A DNA stretch of 64,000 nt, from the NCBI GenBank assembly GCA_964252035.1, contig OZ176210.1; one strand, given 5' to 3'. This document shows positions 24,760-36,900 of the stretch, one piece after another (positions within the stretch are counted from its first letter, which is position 1; every line of letters begins with the position of its first letter). The notes below the pieces were generated by a model, which saw only the letters and a list, made by a program, of their open reading frames with translations, did no database searches and was not told where the DNA came from. Made by a program: the position numbers and the translations under genes. Origin of the DNA: Podarcis erhardii. Taxonomy: Eukaryota.

Positions 24760-25010
24760 GCTCTATCAGAAGCTATGGAGGGAAAGGAGATTGACAGTAT
24801 CTGGGACATCTTGGAGACTATGCAGAGGTCTAGGGTGACTCTGTGAGCGATGATAGGATCTAGATATGTTTGGTCGGGATATGAAGCCAGTGGGGTAGGT
24901 ATGACTGCATTGAGAGCAAGATGGGAAAAAGGACTTGATATCTGGAGGTTCCTTTAATGAACTCACCAAGGTCACGGCTAACTGCCCTTGCTTTGCACAC
25001 AACCTGCTTT
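24760..25010 (-). mobile_element. Ancient L2-like fragment
   Basis: Weak similarity to L2 RNLGV...NISRIRP motifs across frameshifts. Confidence 0.4.
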
Positions 25011-26557
25011 ATGGGCTAATGAAACTGAAGTAAAAGTATTACAAGCTATTTTAACGTCAGGATTATTTTAGGGCACACCATTTTTTAATTACCGAGATGA
25101 AAGATGGAGACCTTTTCTCTAGTTTTGTCTCTCCAGCATTTTTTAATAAAATGAAAGTCTGGAGAGCTTTTATTGTAACTGAGAGGCCTGTAATACAAGG
25201 GAAGAAGCCCAAACCCTTCATACTGACTATAATTTTCACTCTGCCCTGAGATCTATTCAGGCATATCCAAATACAGCTAAAGTTCCCAGAACTGCTTTAC
25301 CCCATGATAGTAGTTTCTTGGAAAAGTAGAAGACTGTGGAGTTGTCTTCATATACTGCAGTAAACCAATCAATCCCCCGAGGCTACTGAAAGCAATGGCA
25401 GCAAAACAAACTACCATGATGAGAAAAACTCAGGAATAATTTTTTCCCCTTACCTAAACAATACCATCTTCAGTAATTCTGAAACTTTTTGTTTGTTTGT
25501 TAAACTCTCTGCTGCTGTAGTTCAAAACATTTAACCAATCAATCCAAAATTATAAACTGAAAAACTGGCCCCTCTACTGTGGGGTGGGGCAGTAATAAGA
25601 CTAAAAAATTCCTGGCCATTGGCTTACTTTTCTCACCTGGGAGACACATAGATTACTGGTTTAGTATAATTCATTTATAGTAGGTAATAACCCTGATGAA
25701 AAGCATCTGTTTTAGGCACCCAGAGAAGACATAAACATATATACATATGTAGCCAACAACAGCCTACATCAAGTCTGCATTGAACTCCTTAAGCTTTAAA
25801 ACATATAATACACACAAAAGAAGCAATTTATAGAGATGCAATGCTCCAACATGACTCTGCTACAGATTTAGCATATTTAGATAATTTTAAAACCAGGTTC
25901 TCTTCTAAAACATTGAACAGTTGTTCACAACCTAACAGTTCCCCTGGGTGGGTGGAATGGTATTGTATAGCATGGAGTTCTATAATATTAAATTAAATAC
26001 CTTCTTCATGCTAAAGTTTTTGTAATTTGGCTGTGATCATCAGCTTTTCAGTCCTCATAGGTATTTGCCTTAAGAACAGAGCTTGAATCTGTACCTTTTC
26101 TTTTACGTTTTTTTCATTTTCTTTTGCTCCTGTCAGAGCACACATTGCATCACCTAGGGTCCAGATTCACTGCAATTCTCTCCATTTGGACTCTCACTGC
26201 TTTGATCAACCTCTCCCCCTATAAAATGTATGACCACTGGAAATCTAGCAATCTGATAGAGGGTTGGAGGACACCATCTATCCCCACACACACCCCTCCC
26301 TCCCTCTCCCTCACCTGGCTTGAGAGGGGCGGTTGTCAATAATTTTCAGTAGTCTCAGTTCTTCCCCAGATGAAGAGATCAGAAATGCATGCAAGCCATC
26401 TAAATGGTGTATATCCATTCAGCTCTCATTTAGGGGATATGGAAGACTAAATTATGTTTCAGGATAATCCTGTCCTAAGCTGGGCAACAACGTTGATAAG
26501 GAATGGTCAGCAATCGCGGAACGATCAAGGTTTAGATTATATATGGGAAGCATCAGA

Positions 26558-26913
26558 GGGAAGCGGGTGGTGCTCTGGGTTAAACCACAGAGCCTAGGAC
26601 TTGCCGATCAGAAGGTCGGTGGTTCGAATCCCCAGAATGGGTGAGCTCCCATTGCTCGGTCCCAGCTCCTGCCAACCTAGTAGTTTGAAAGCACCTCAAA
26701 GTGCAAGTAGATAAATAGGTACCACTCCGGTGGGAAGGTAAATGGCGTTTCCGTGCACTGCTCTGGTTCACCAGAAAGTGGCTTAGTCATGTTGGCCACA
26801 TGACCCGGAAGCTGTACGCTGACTTCCTCGGCCAGTAAAGCAAGATGAGCACCACAACGCCAGAGTCATCCGCAACTGGACCTAACGGTCAGGGGTCCCT
26901 TTACCTTTACCTT
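26558..26913 (+). mobile_element. Sauria SINE, full length
   Basis: Same head, core and (ACCTTT)n tail; 15-bp TSD TATGGG(A/T)AGCATCAG at 26542-26556 and 26914-26928. Confidence 0.93.
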
Positions 26914-28579
26914 TATGGGTAGCATCAGCTTCAACTGGATGAAGATCTTTTGAGAACTGTTGGTTCTCAACTGTGCCAATTTTGGTCCCTGGCTTTAGCT
27001 TTCTATTGACTACACTATTTTCTTGACGTGCCATAGCTCTCTATAACCTTCCAGCTTTTACCTAGTAGAACTCAGGGTATTGCACATGATAAGAAGCTAT
27101 ATCACTAGACTTGCTGACCCTGCCACTGCTGACTTGTCAGTCATATTGTCAACTTGCCAGGAGGGGCATGATTATGCCAAAGCATTGTTTAGTCTTCAAA
27201 ATTTAATGAATAATTGCTGTATGAATGCAGCCTTCAAATATCAATGATGAATCTCTGATCCCTCCATCTGGGGAAGAACTGAAACCACTGAAAGTTGCTA
27301 ACAGTTTTACTCCCTCTGGCAAGATGGAATTTGGAATTTGCCCAATGTCAGCAAGTTAGCTGTGGGGGGAAAACATAGCTACCACTACATACACTTAAGT
27401 TAAACAAACCAAGCTATGCAAAAATTATTAACTTTTTTATTCTATTCTCCCCTCTCAGACTTATTTGTAAGTAGGCTGGCCAAAGTCAGAGTGAAAGTCA
27501 GTGTTTTTTGAAGTCCTGTTCACAATGTTTCCTAGCTGATGTATCCTTGTCAAAGCACTGTTATCTTTGGCTGTGATTTAAAGGTTTAAGGAATATATTG
27601 CTGAACATTTTTCTGTTGGTTCAGTCTTTCACACAAACACATTTAATCAAAGTACACTTTTTGTCCTCTCTTCAACAATTAAAAGAGAGATTTGGGGGAA
27701 ATGTACACACCCTGCAGCAGTAAGCCCTTCTTCTTTTTAAGGACACATGAAACTCGTATAAAGCTATAAATTATTAGTCAACTCAGTTTCTTGAAGGCAG
27801 TGCTAAAGAAGAACTTATTTATTGTACAATTGGCCTGAAAGGAGTTGAAAACCAAGCAAGTTGGGTGGTCAGTCTTGGTATTGGAGTTTTTAGATTCAGT
27901 TACAGAACTTGGTTTACAGCATTGCCTGTATTCCAGTAGAAGAGCATGGAAAAGCAGATGAATGTTTTAATTAGCAGAATCTTCTCAAGTTCCAATTCTT
28001 GTCTGAAGGGCCCCATTTCAGACTGTCAGAATTGTTGGCTGAGACCAGAAACATCTGTGCAGAGTGGATGTTGCCAGAGGGAGCATCCTCACATTCTCCA
28101 CTCTGGCTTCATCACAGCTTTGCAAATGCTTCTTCCAAGCTCAGAAAAGTCATTCATTCATTTCAGTTTAATGCATCTTCTGGCTCAGTGGTACACTGGC
28201 TCTTTAATCCTATTTTGTTGACCTCCAATGTTTTAAATTAGCACCTCAGCAATATCTTCACTTCTGTCTAAATTATAATCTTATGCCATGTCAGCACTCT
28301 CAATTTTATTTTTCCAAAACAAGAAATGCAAAGCTTTTCGCACCTGTCCTCCTTATACTGACAAATCTGGGTAGTTCTATTTGCACATGTGCAGTTCACA
28401 CTTATCCGGGCCACTTACACACAAGTAGATGTGAATGAGCCACCATTTATACTGCATATCACCAGAATTTGTGCGGAAATGAAACAGCTGGAAACAACTG
28501 GAAAAGTGCACAGTACAAGAGATGCAAGATGAACATAGAACCATTGATAGACTTGCTTCTTTTCTACCCTATGCATGTC

Positions 28580-28580
<1 letters not shown>

Positions 28581-28619
<39 letters not shown>
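28581..28619. repeat. (GATA)n microsatellite
   Basis: Direct reading. Confidence 0.97.
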
Positions 28620-31600
28620 CGGACAGATATAGATATATTTGTTCAAATATGATGGACAATGAGTGCACAGATGAACACTTTTGAACATGGGACAGGTTAC
28701 TTTAGTCTGGGGTTATTTATACCACCAGAGGTTAAGAATAATCTCTTCCTTATTTACTAAAGAGACCATTTATGGTAAAGACAATTATATATACTATTGA
28801 TAAGCTGCTTTCAGATAATATTACTGGTAGAACATTCAAAGAAGTAACCCTAGATCTCAAGGGAAATGGGGGGGGATGTTTTACTGTCACTTTCAGAGGG
28901 GTGGTGGTGGTTCCTGTTATAGAATTTAGCATTTCTTCCGCTTTTCTTATGTCTTCCATTTCTCTTTGTAATTCATTATAGCCTTGTTTTTTATTATTCA
29001 CTCATCTGTTGGCTGTAGATTTTCAATATGACTGTTAATATGGTTTTGGATTGTGCAGAATGGTTGCAATACACTTAATATATATTTTAGTGCAGTTCTA
29101 AGAAAGTTTAAATTAATGCCACACGTCCTAATTGTTGACAATGGCAGTGCTATTCCTTTCTGCAGCTTTAGTTAATATTCAGCTGTCCAAGACTTTTATT
29201 TTTAGACTGTAGTTGAAATCCTCAAACCGCTTACGCTGAATAAGTCCCACTGCAGTCAGTATAACTGCACTGGAGAAAGTGGCCTGAAGTAGCAGCTTAT
29301 GGTGATTAAGTGAAAGATGTGTCATAGATAAAAGAAAGTTATAAAACTATAAAGGCAGCATTTTTATTTTTATTTTAGATTGTTCTGTCTCTGAATCTGC
29401 ATGCATGAATACTGTGCAATTATTAGCACATGTGGTACAATTTTCAAAGACAAAAATAGCATTTCCATTGAAAATCACCAAGAGAGATTGATTCACCATG
29501 CATTCGTCAGGTACTACAAGACTTCAGTTCTGAGAGTGGAAGAACCTTACAAGTTCCTATTCAATATTAGTTTGGAATAGCCGTATTTTCCCCCTGGCTA
29601 TGTGAGCAACTCTTCTTATTCCAAAGGAGCATCAAGTAAGGCCTAATTTCAGTACTGACTATTTCAATTCAGGACCTCCAAGCCTGCCACAGTCTGCACA
29701 AAATAAGCTGAACCTTATGCAGAATAACTTGAGTCAAAGGGGAAGAGGCCCAATCCAAGCTGAGAAGACTATGGGAAAGCATAACAAAGCTTGATCCAAC
29801 TTGCCATCTAGCTAGGTCCAGAGAGGAAACACTACTGCACAATTAGGTATGTCCCTCCTTGAATTCTACAGCAAGTTCTGCCTGACCAGACTCTGAAAAC
29901 CACCATCAAAACCCATTAAGGGGGGGGGGGAAGGCTATTCACATAAATGTTGCTAATATAAGAGAGGACCTTTTCGTACGTATGGGCACAAAGTAACTGA
30001 CGGTTTGTTTGTTCTTAACTGCACTGTGCTCAACCAAGCATTGACAATGATCAAGCATGACACTGTATTACTTTATTTTAGCCAGTGCCTAATTCTTTAA
30101 CCACCTAAGCAGTTAATGAATGTGTCTTTAATCAGGGGTATACTGATTTGCCAAAAGAAAGACCTTGTTTCTAGCATGCTCTCCTTAACTTAACCTGATA
30201 TTTTAAACAATCATTAGGTTACAGGATAAACCAAGGAATTTGTTAATGTTTATTCTCCCTTACTAAATGAATACTTCCACCTTGCCTTTTTTAGTCATGG
30301 GAATGATCCCATAACTTAATCCCATGTCTAAAAATGTAACCTTGGAAGAGTTTACCCAAAAACTATATAGGTTTGCTGTGTGTCAGGATTGGCAACAGCC
30401 GTGTCTTTCTTGGAAGTACCCTCTTGCATAAACTGTTCCTAGCTTATGGTTTTAAGATCTGGCTTAACGAAGAAATCTCATAGTATTTCTTAGCATTAAA
30501 TACACAATCCTATTCCGAATCATTATTTATTCACTAATATCAATATGCCAAAACATGTTTTCTTCTGCTGCCTTCAATCAAGGAATTTTGCCCTTTTTGG
30601 CAAGAGAACTGTGAACAGAGATGCACACCCACTCTCTCACACATTCTATGTGGGTATTATACCAAAACTATCTTTCCACTCTGGCAGCCTGCACACACCA
30701 CTAAAAAATGAGGAAATTGAGGTTCTGGTGAGCTCAGCATCTTTTATATGGCATTAAATCTTGCCCTAAAAAAAATCCTTTAAGACTCTTTACAGTTCAG
30801 CATTGCATACAGGACTGGGAGGGTGAGATAAATACAAAAATACATCCTTCAGTGAAGTGGTAGGATTACTGGGATAATGAAGCTTTAAGGATAAGTGAAC
30901 TCAATAACAGGTCTCAAACCTTTACTTGGGTTTATCACTCCAGCCCATGGATTCCTCCCTCTGCTTGAACAAATTGGTTAGTGAAGACTCCTACATCATT
31001 TCTCCCCAATGGTTAATCATCTCCCAAGCAGGATTCAACATTCTCTGACCACCAGCACAAGGGTGAGAATAATGGTGGAAGAAAATGAAAACCCATGCAA
31101 CAATTGCGCTAGCAGAAGCTTCTTGTGCAGCCAGTTGGGCAAATTATTGTCACTGTCCATTTTCCAGGAAGAGGGTCACAGAAAAACCAAAGTCTAAATA
31201 CCATAGTTCTTGTGGCTGGTTGTGCAACTATCCACAAATATCCTGGCTTCCTGCACTTTCTCTCACGCAAGCCATTCTGCTAGTGCCGCTAAGGGACTTA
31301 AACTTGGTGTTACAATGAACTCCTCCCTAAATGCTTACATGGCAGAAGTCAAAATGGCATTCAGGAGCATCAGCATCCTGATACTTAGGAATGCCCAAGT
31401 GAGCACAATCAGTTACTTATATATGTGCTGAAGACTGAAGTAGAAAGGTCAAGTAAGCCTTCTCAAAGCTAAAACATGTTGCGCTTTACTGGCAACGTTA
31501 ATGGAGAATCCTGAACAGCTGGCTATGTGCTGAACTCAGGGGAAGGAAGTAGTCAGAAATGTATCCTTTCTTCAACAAATACCTGTTGTTAATCTCTCAC

Positions 31601-33214
31601 TGGAGTCAAGGATATGGTAAATGTTAATAATACTTAAAAATGTATTCATCATGTGTTGTTCAGGAAAACACTGCTGTCAACTTTACTGTGTGAGATTTAT
31701 GCAGAATAAGACTATTCTATGTACCCTTGCTTAGGAGTAATTCTCCCAAGTAATTCTTAGGAGTAATTCTTACATCTGACAAATATTGTATAGGATTGGG
31801 CTTGAAATCAGCTCATTTCTTGATTAATCTGTCAAGTTAAAAAATTGCATGGTGGAAAACATATATTTATTTCATACTACCACCATTTTAATTTGAAATG
31901 GAGGGAGGGAGAACCAAGTTAAAATTGAGAGTAATGAAACCATTCTTTCTCACTCTGGACTGTTTGCATGTGGCTTTCCATGTGAAACTGAGGTAATGAA
32001 ATTATCCACAAGCACTTTACTACCTTCAATATGCATGCATAAATTGGGCCTTACTTTTTAAAAAAGCAATTATCAAAAGAACATGGTATCTCATCTAACA
32101 TAGGTACTGAGAAAATGTCTGTGCTGATAGTTCTCTAACAGTTATTCTCATATTTTCCCCAAAACAACTGGTATCTAAAAATAGCATAATGTGACTAAGG
32201 ATAACATTCTTGGAGGATTAACACTGCTATATAACCTAGTAAACGCCATGAAAAGAACAAGGGATCTGCGGAGGACAGTTTATCTGATCAACTGTGATTC
32301 TGACTGCTGGCTGTGTATCCAATGGCCTTGTAAAGGTAACATTTGAATTTGGTTTTAAACGACTAAGAAGATACTTGGAACACTCAATGCCAAAAAAGTC
32401 ATAACGTAACTGTGATTCCCCATTGTATTCACATATATGGGATGTAGCTCTTAATTCCTATATTGTCTGATGCCCAGAAACATTATCAGAAGAATGAATT
32501 GTATTGTCTAAATTATGCCAGTAAAGCTGAATGAATGAGTAAACCAACATTTGGATTCACAGCAGATAAGAATCATGGACCTCACTAAATATTCAGTTTT
32601 AACTGCTTATGTCACAGTAATACACTTTTATTCTAGATCTGTGACTCCATGTGACCCATTCCCCCTACCTAACCCCATCCCATAAATCATTGGTCATAGA
32701 GTACATTTTTTCATTTAGTAGGAGAGAGATAATGACCCACCAGCTTAGTTCCTAATATTTACTTCTCTAAATATAGGTCCTGTAAAAGTGGGTCACTGAC
32801 TAGAACAGAACAGACTTACTTCTCTTATTTCAAAAACGTTCCTGTAAAATATTTATTAGCTACATAGAGCAGTAATTTGTTTCCAGAAACTTGAACCCAA
32901 AATAAGTGATGTTACCTTTGCTTTGGAAGTTTATTATGATGTTCTGCTGATTTTCCAAAAAGGGCAAGGCTAGATTAGAAAAAGGAGATGATGTTCCCAC
33001 ATTCACTCAGCCACTTCCCAATGAAACAACATAATAAAGTTACAATGACAAATTAAGTGTTGACAACCCATTTCACCAAGGATCTCTTCATATGCCACCC
33101 CGTGGTTTCTTCCTGCAATGCTAAGCCAATGTCAGAAGCCTTACGCCACATAAGAAAAACAAATGCTGTAGCTCAGCATCACCCCCTCCAGAAACTGGAA
33201 AGGAGTGCAGTGTG

Positions 33215-33432
33215 GCGCAGCTTCTCTGCAAGAATATAATGGGGGGCTTTGACAAAATCCTTACTGAAATCACGATACACTCCGTCCACAGCATTCCCCT
33301 GATCCACCAAGCTTGTAACTCTATCAAAAAAAGAAATGAAATTCATCCAGCATTACTTGTTTTTGAGAAACCCATGCTGGGTCTTAGTAATCACAGCATC
33401 CTTTTCTAAGTGCTCACAGACTGACTGTTTAT
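33215..33432 (-). mobile_element. CR1 LINE reverse transcriptase fragment, degraded
   Basis: Minus strand reads HLEKDAVITKTQHGFLKNK*C..., then after a frameshift FDRVTSLVDQGNAVDGVYRDFSKDF, matching CR1 RT QHGF / DVVYLDFSKAFD motifs. Confidence 0.8.
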
Positions 33433-33518
33433 CCTTTCTGTCAACCTGATGGTGATTTCAGGAGTGACAGACCTGGCAAAAGGGGAAGAGATTAAAATAT
33501 GTGTGTATAGGAGATCCT

Positions 33519-33958
33519 ATAAAGCTATGGTTTTCCCACTAGTGATGTATGGAAGTGAGAGCTGGACCATAAAGAAGGCTGATCGCTGAAGAATTGATGC
33601 TTTTGAATTATGGTGCTGGAGGAGACTCTTGAGAGTCCCATGGACTGCAAGAAGATCAAACCAATCCATTCTTAAGGAAATCAGCCCTGAGTGCTCACTG
33701 GAAGGACAGATCGTGAAGCTGAGGCTCCAATACTTTGGCCACCTCATGAGAAGAGAAGACTCACTGGAAAAGACCCTGATGTTGGGAAAGATGGAGGGCA
33801 CAAGGAGAAGGGGACGACAGAGGACGAGATGGTTGGACAGTGTTCTCAAAGCTACCAGCATGAGTTTGACTAAACTGCGGGAGGCAGTGGAAGACAGGAG
33901 TGCCTGGCGTGCTCTGGTCCATGGGGTCACGAAGAGTCGGACACGACTAAACAACAAA
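33519..33958 (+). mobile_element. Bov-B (RTE LINE) 3-prime fragment
   Basis: RT C-terminus KAMVFPLVMYGSESWTIKKADR*RIDAFELWCWRRLLRVPWTARRSNQSIL...RWLD with one stop; ends cacgactaaacaacaa. Confidence 0.93.
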
Positions 33959-36900
33959 TTCAGCTTAACTTGGTGGGGTTATTCATAGATGATGGATCTG
34001 TCTCTTTGAGAGGAGTGTTTTCATTTTACTATTTCTACTGCAGTGTTAATGTGCCAAAAATGGCTCTTACACTAATCACACCTGATAAAGTACTGGACAT
34101 TCCCAGCAATTTTAGTGCTTTCATGAGACTGGATGTGTTGAAATAAGTCAGAAAGCGCTCAAAGTAGTATGCTATTAATATAAAAGATTAGTGCTGGTGG
34201 TGGTGGCCATAGTACCTCAATCTTTAAAAAGCACCATTTTGAAATTTCTATACCACTGTGAAATTTGTTTGAAAAGCAACATATACAAAAAGAGAGAAAA
34301 AATGAGAAGCATCAAAAGCTTCTGCCCATACAAGGCTATTTGCATTAATGGTGCCAAATGCCACATTTGTTCTGAATTTGGTTTTATGAGCGTTGGCCCA
34401 TTTGTTTTGGAACTAAAGTTCTCACTATGTCCAGATATTTCCCCAGAGGTGACAATTAGCTAACATTTGCAGCAAGAATGGCAGGACATCCACATTTCAA
34501 TAGTGCCTGAAGGAACAGATGACAAAGTTTCCACATGTTCAAGAAGTGAAACATATTCCTCAATAGAAAACACATGTTAAGAGTTGCATCCATGTAAAAT
34601 GCGGAATAGGTCCTTCTCTATACGTACTTTGCAAAGGGTTTTTTTTCCCTATTTCCCTATGAGAATAATGAAAATGGCATGGTACCCATGAATAAAGTGA
34701 CCATTCATTTGTTTCATAAATGGACAAAAAGCCATTAGGAAGCCTCAAGTATTGTTTATAGGGTGATGAAGTTTCCTTGGCAACAATGCAAAAAACAGCA
34801 GAGACAATGTGTATATGATTTTGTTTCCGGCTGTCTACGAAGGAATCTGAGGAAAGATAATCATTCTTTAACAAGCTTCACAGAAACATCTTACAATGGA
34901 CGGCAATGGACTATTGAGTCAATTGTTTAAGATTTTTTTAAATCTACAGTTTAGGCTGGCAATTAACATTAAGGAGTTTTCAAGCCTACAATTCACGTTT
35001 TGTACAAAGGGCAGGAATAATCCATAATAGATGCTTTTCTCTCTTTCAAACACGTACAATCGTTTCTCAAATAAAAAATAAGCTTATACTATCCCTGTGT
35101 TCACTTTGCTTAGAAAGGCATCCATAATGCTTTGTAGAGCAAGTATAACAAACAACAGGTCTTGCAGTTGGGCAGATTTAACACAAAGTGGTTTTAAATG
35201 TACCAGTGAAAAATTAAGTGAAACAAATAATACTTAGGAATGTGAGAGAGCCAAGTTCTAATGTCCACTTCAGAACAAACTTATGTTCTCATCACTCCAC
35301 TTTACTTAGATTCTGATTCTTATCTGCTTTTTAAAATAGCAGTGGCCTATTGCCATATTCACCTCGGTAGTTAACGCCTTTTTTCAGATATCCCAGCTAT
35401 GGTGAGTGAAAGCTAGTGGAGGAGCAAGATCTCAGCAGCAGACCCCCATCTCAATCATTTGTATGATTCAAAACAACGGGAACTATATGTTTATAGAGGT
35501 CCATCCACTGGGAAGCCTTGAAAAGCAGAGTAGCCAATAGTGTGTGGAGAGAGATCTAAACGAACACAGCTGTCCATTCATAAGTGCCATGCAGACATTC
35601 AACTGCATTCAGACAGATCCCTCTACAATATGTGAACTCATGCACCAAGAAGATCACCAGTAGGGGCACTTGACCTTTTAATTTAATTTAACAAAAAAAG
35701 CTGTTCAGACAATGTATAAGTCATGACATAGCATTGTTTGCATTGGTCCACTCTGTTACTAATTTGGAATGCCACTGGGCTGCTTATTAAATCAACGAAG
35801 TGGCAGCAAATGTTGTCTTTCCCACCCCCCATAAAAGGCCAAATTCAAGTTCTCTGCTACCTTAACTATAATGGTACACCCTCTGCCCTCTCAAGAACTG
35901 TAGAATTTCATGCAATCCCCACCCCAGACTTCTCCAAAAGGCCACACACATGCGCACACACTTTTGTAGGAGACAAGTGGCACCATGAATTGGGGGTGAT
36001 ATTCAACTCAAACTTAGGTGAAATCCAAGTCTGACGATGGTAAAGAACTCCCAGGAGTCATTTCCTGTGGTAAAGCAGCAGTCTGTCACTGCACTGTGAG
36101 ATAATAATGCAATTCTCCTCATTAAAGAGAGAGAGAAAAGAACTTGATCATTCAGAATATGAGAATTACTACAGCTGTCTTGGTGATTAAATAAGAAATT
36201 AACACTCACTGACAAGATGACAGCCTAATTACACTGTGAGAAATACAGCTTTTACACAGAAAAGCTTGCACATTTAAAGGGAAAGCAGGCAGACAAAATC
36301 AAGTGTGTGTGTTGTCCCTGCAAAGCTAATACACTTGGAGCAAGGATTAAATCCCAACCGCTTCTCTGTTAGGCTAGTTTTGCTTAGGCAGAGAAATTTG
36401 ACATGAGTCCTTTCAAACAAACAATCCTCCATGTGCCTTCTGATGCAGGGCAGGATTTTATTCTGTGCAGGGGATTTCTGAAGCAGGCAGTCTACTTCTC
36501 CATTCCTGTGCTAAAGTTTCAAACACTGAAAAGAGGTTCCATCTCTTTCCACATTCCCACACAAGCATTTTTTTAACTTTTCAAAATAAAACATCTATAA
36601 GCCTTTTCACAGTGCAAATATCAGCAATAAACAACAGCATCGTTCAAGTCCATATGCACTAAACTAGCACTCACTGTTCCAAATGTTCCACATTTGATGC
36701 CCCAAATCTTGCTATATTGTGGAAATGAGTTCTCTTCCTGTATTCATCTTGTTCTGAAAGCCTCCCTCAAAACCAATATCTAGTCTGCTGCCAAACATAC
36801 AATTTTATGTCCACCAGTGATTTTTATTTTTCTTGTAAGTAGCTTCTCATACATCTGGTGCCACTGAAATCTGAGGCATTTTTCATATAACTCTTAGGTT

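Noticed and set aside
26309-26318. Strong minus-strand donor CAG|GTGAGG in intron 7; also donors near 12295 and 12325
   Set aside because: No convincing upstream acceptor to define an exon.
28750-29001. Protein-looking 83-aa minus ORF (EMEDIRKAEEMLNSITGTTTT)
   Set aside because: No usable acceptor or donor and no recognisable family; possibly a decayed repeat.
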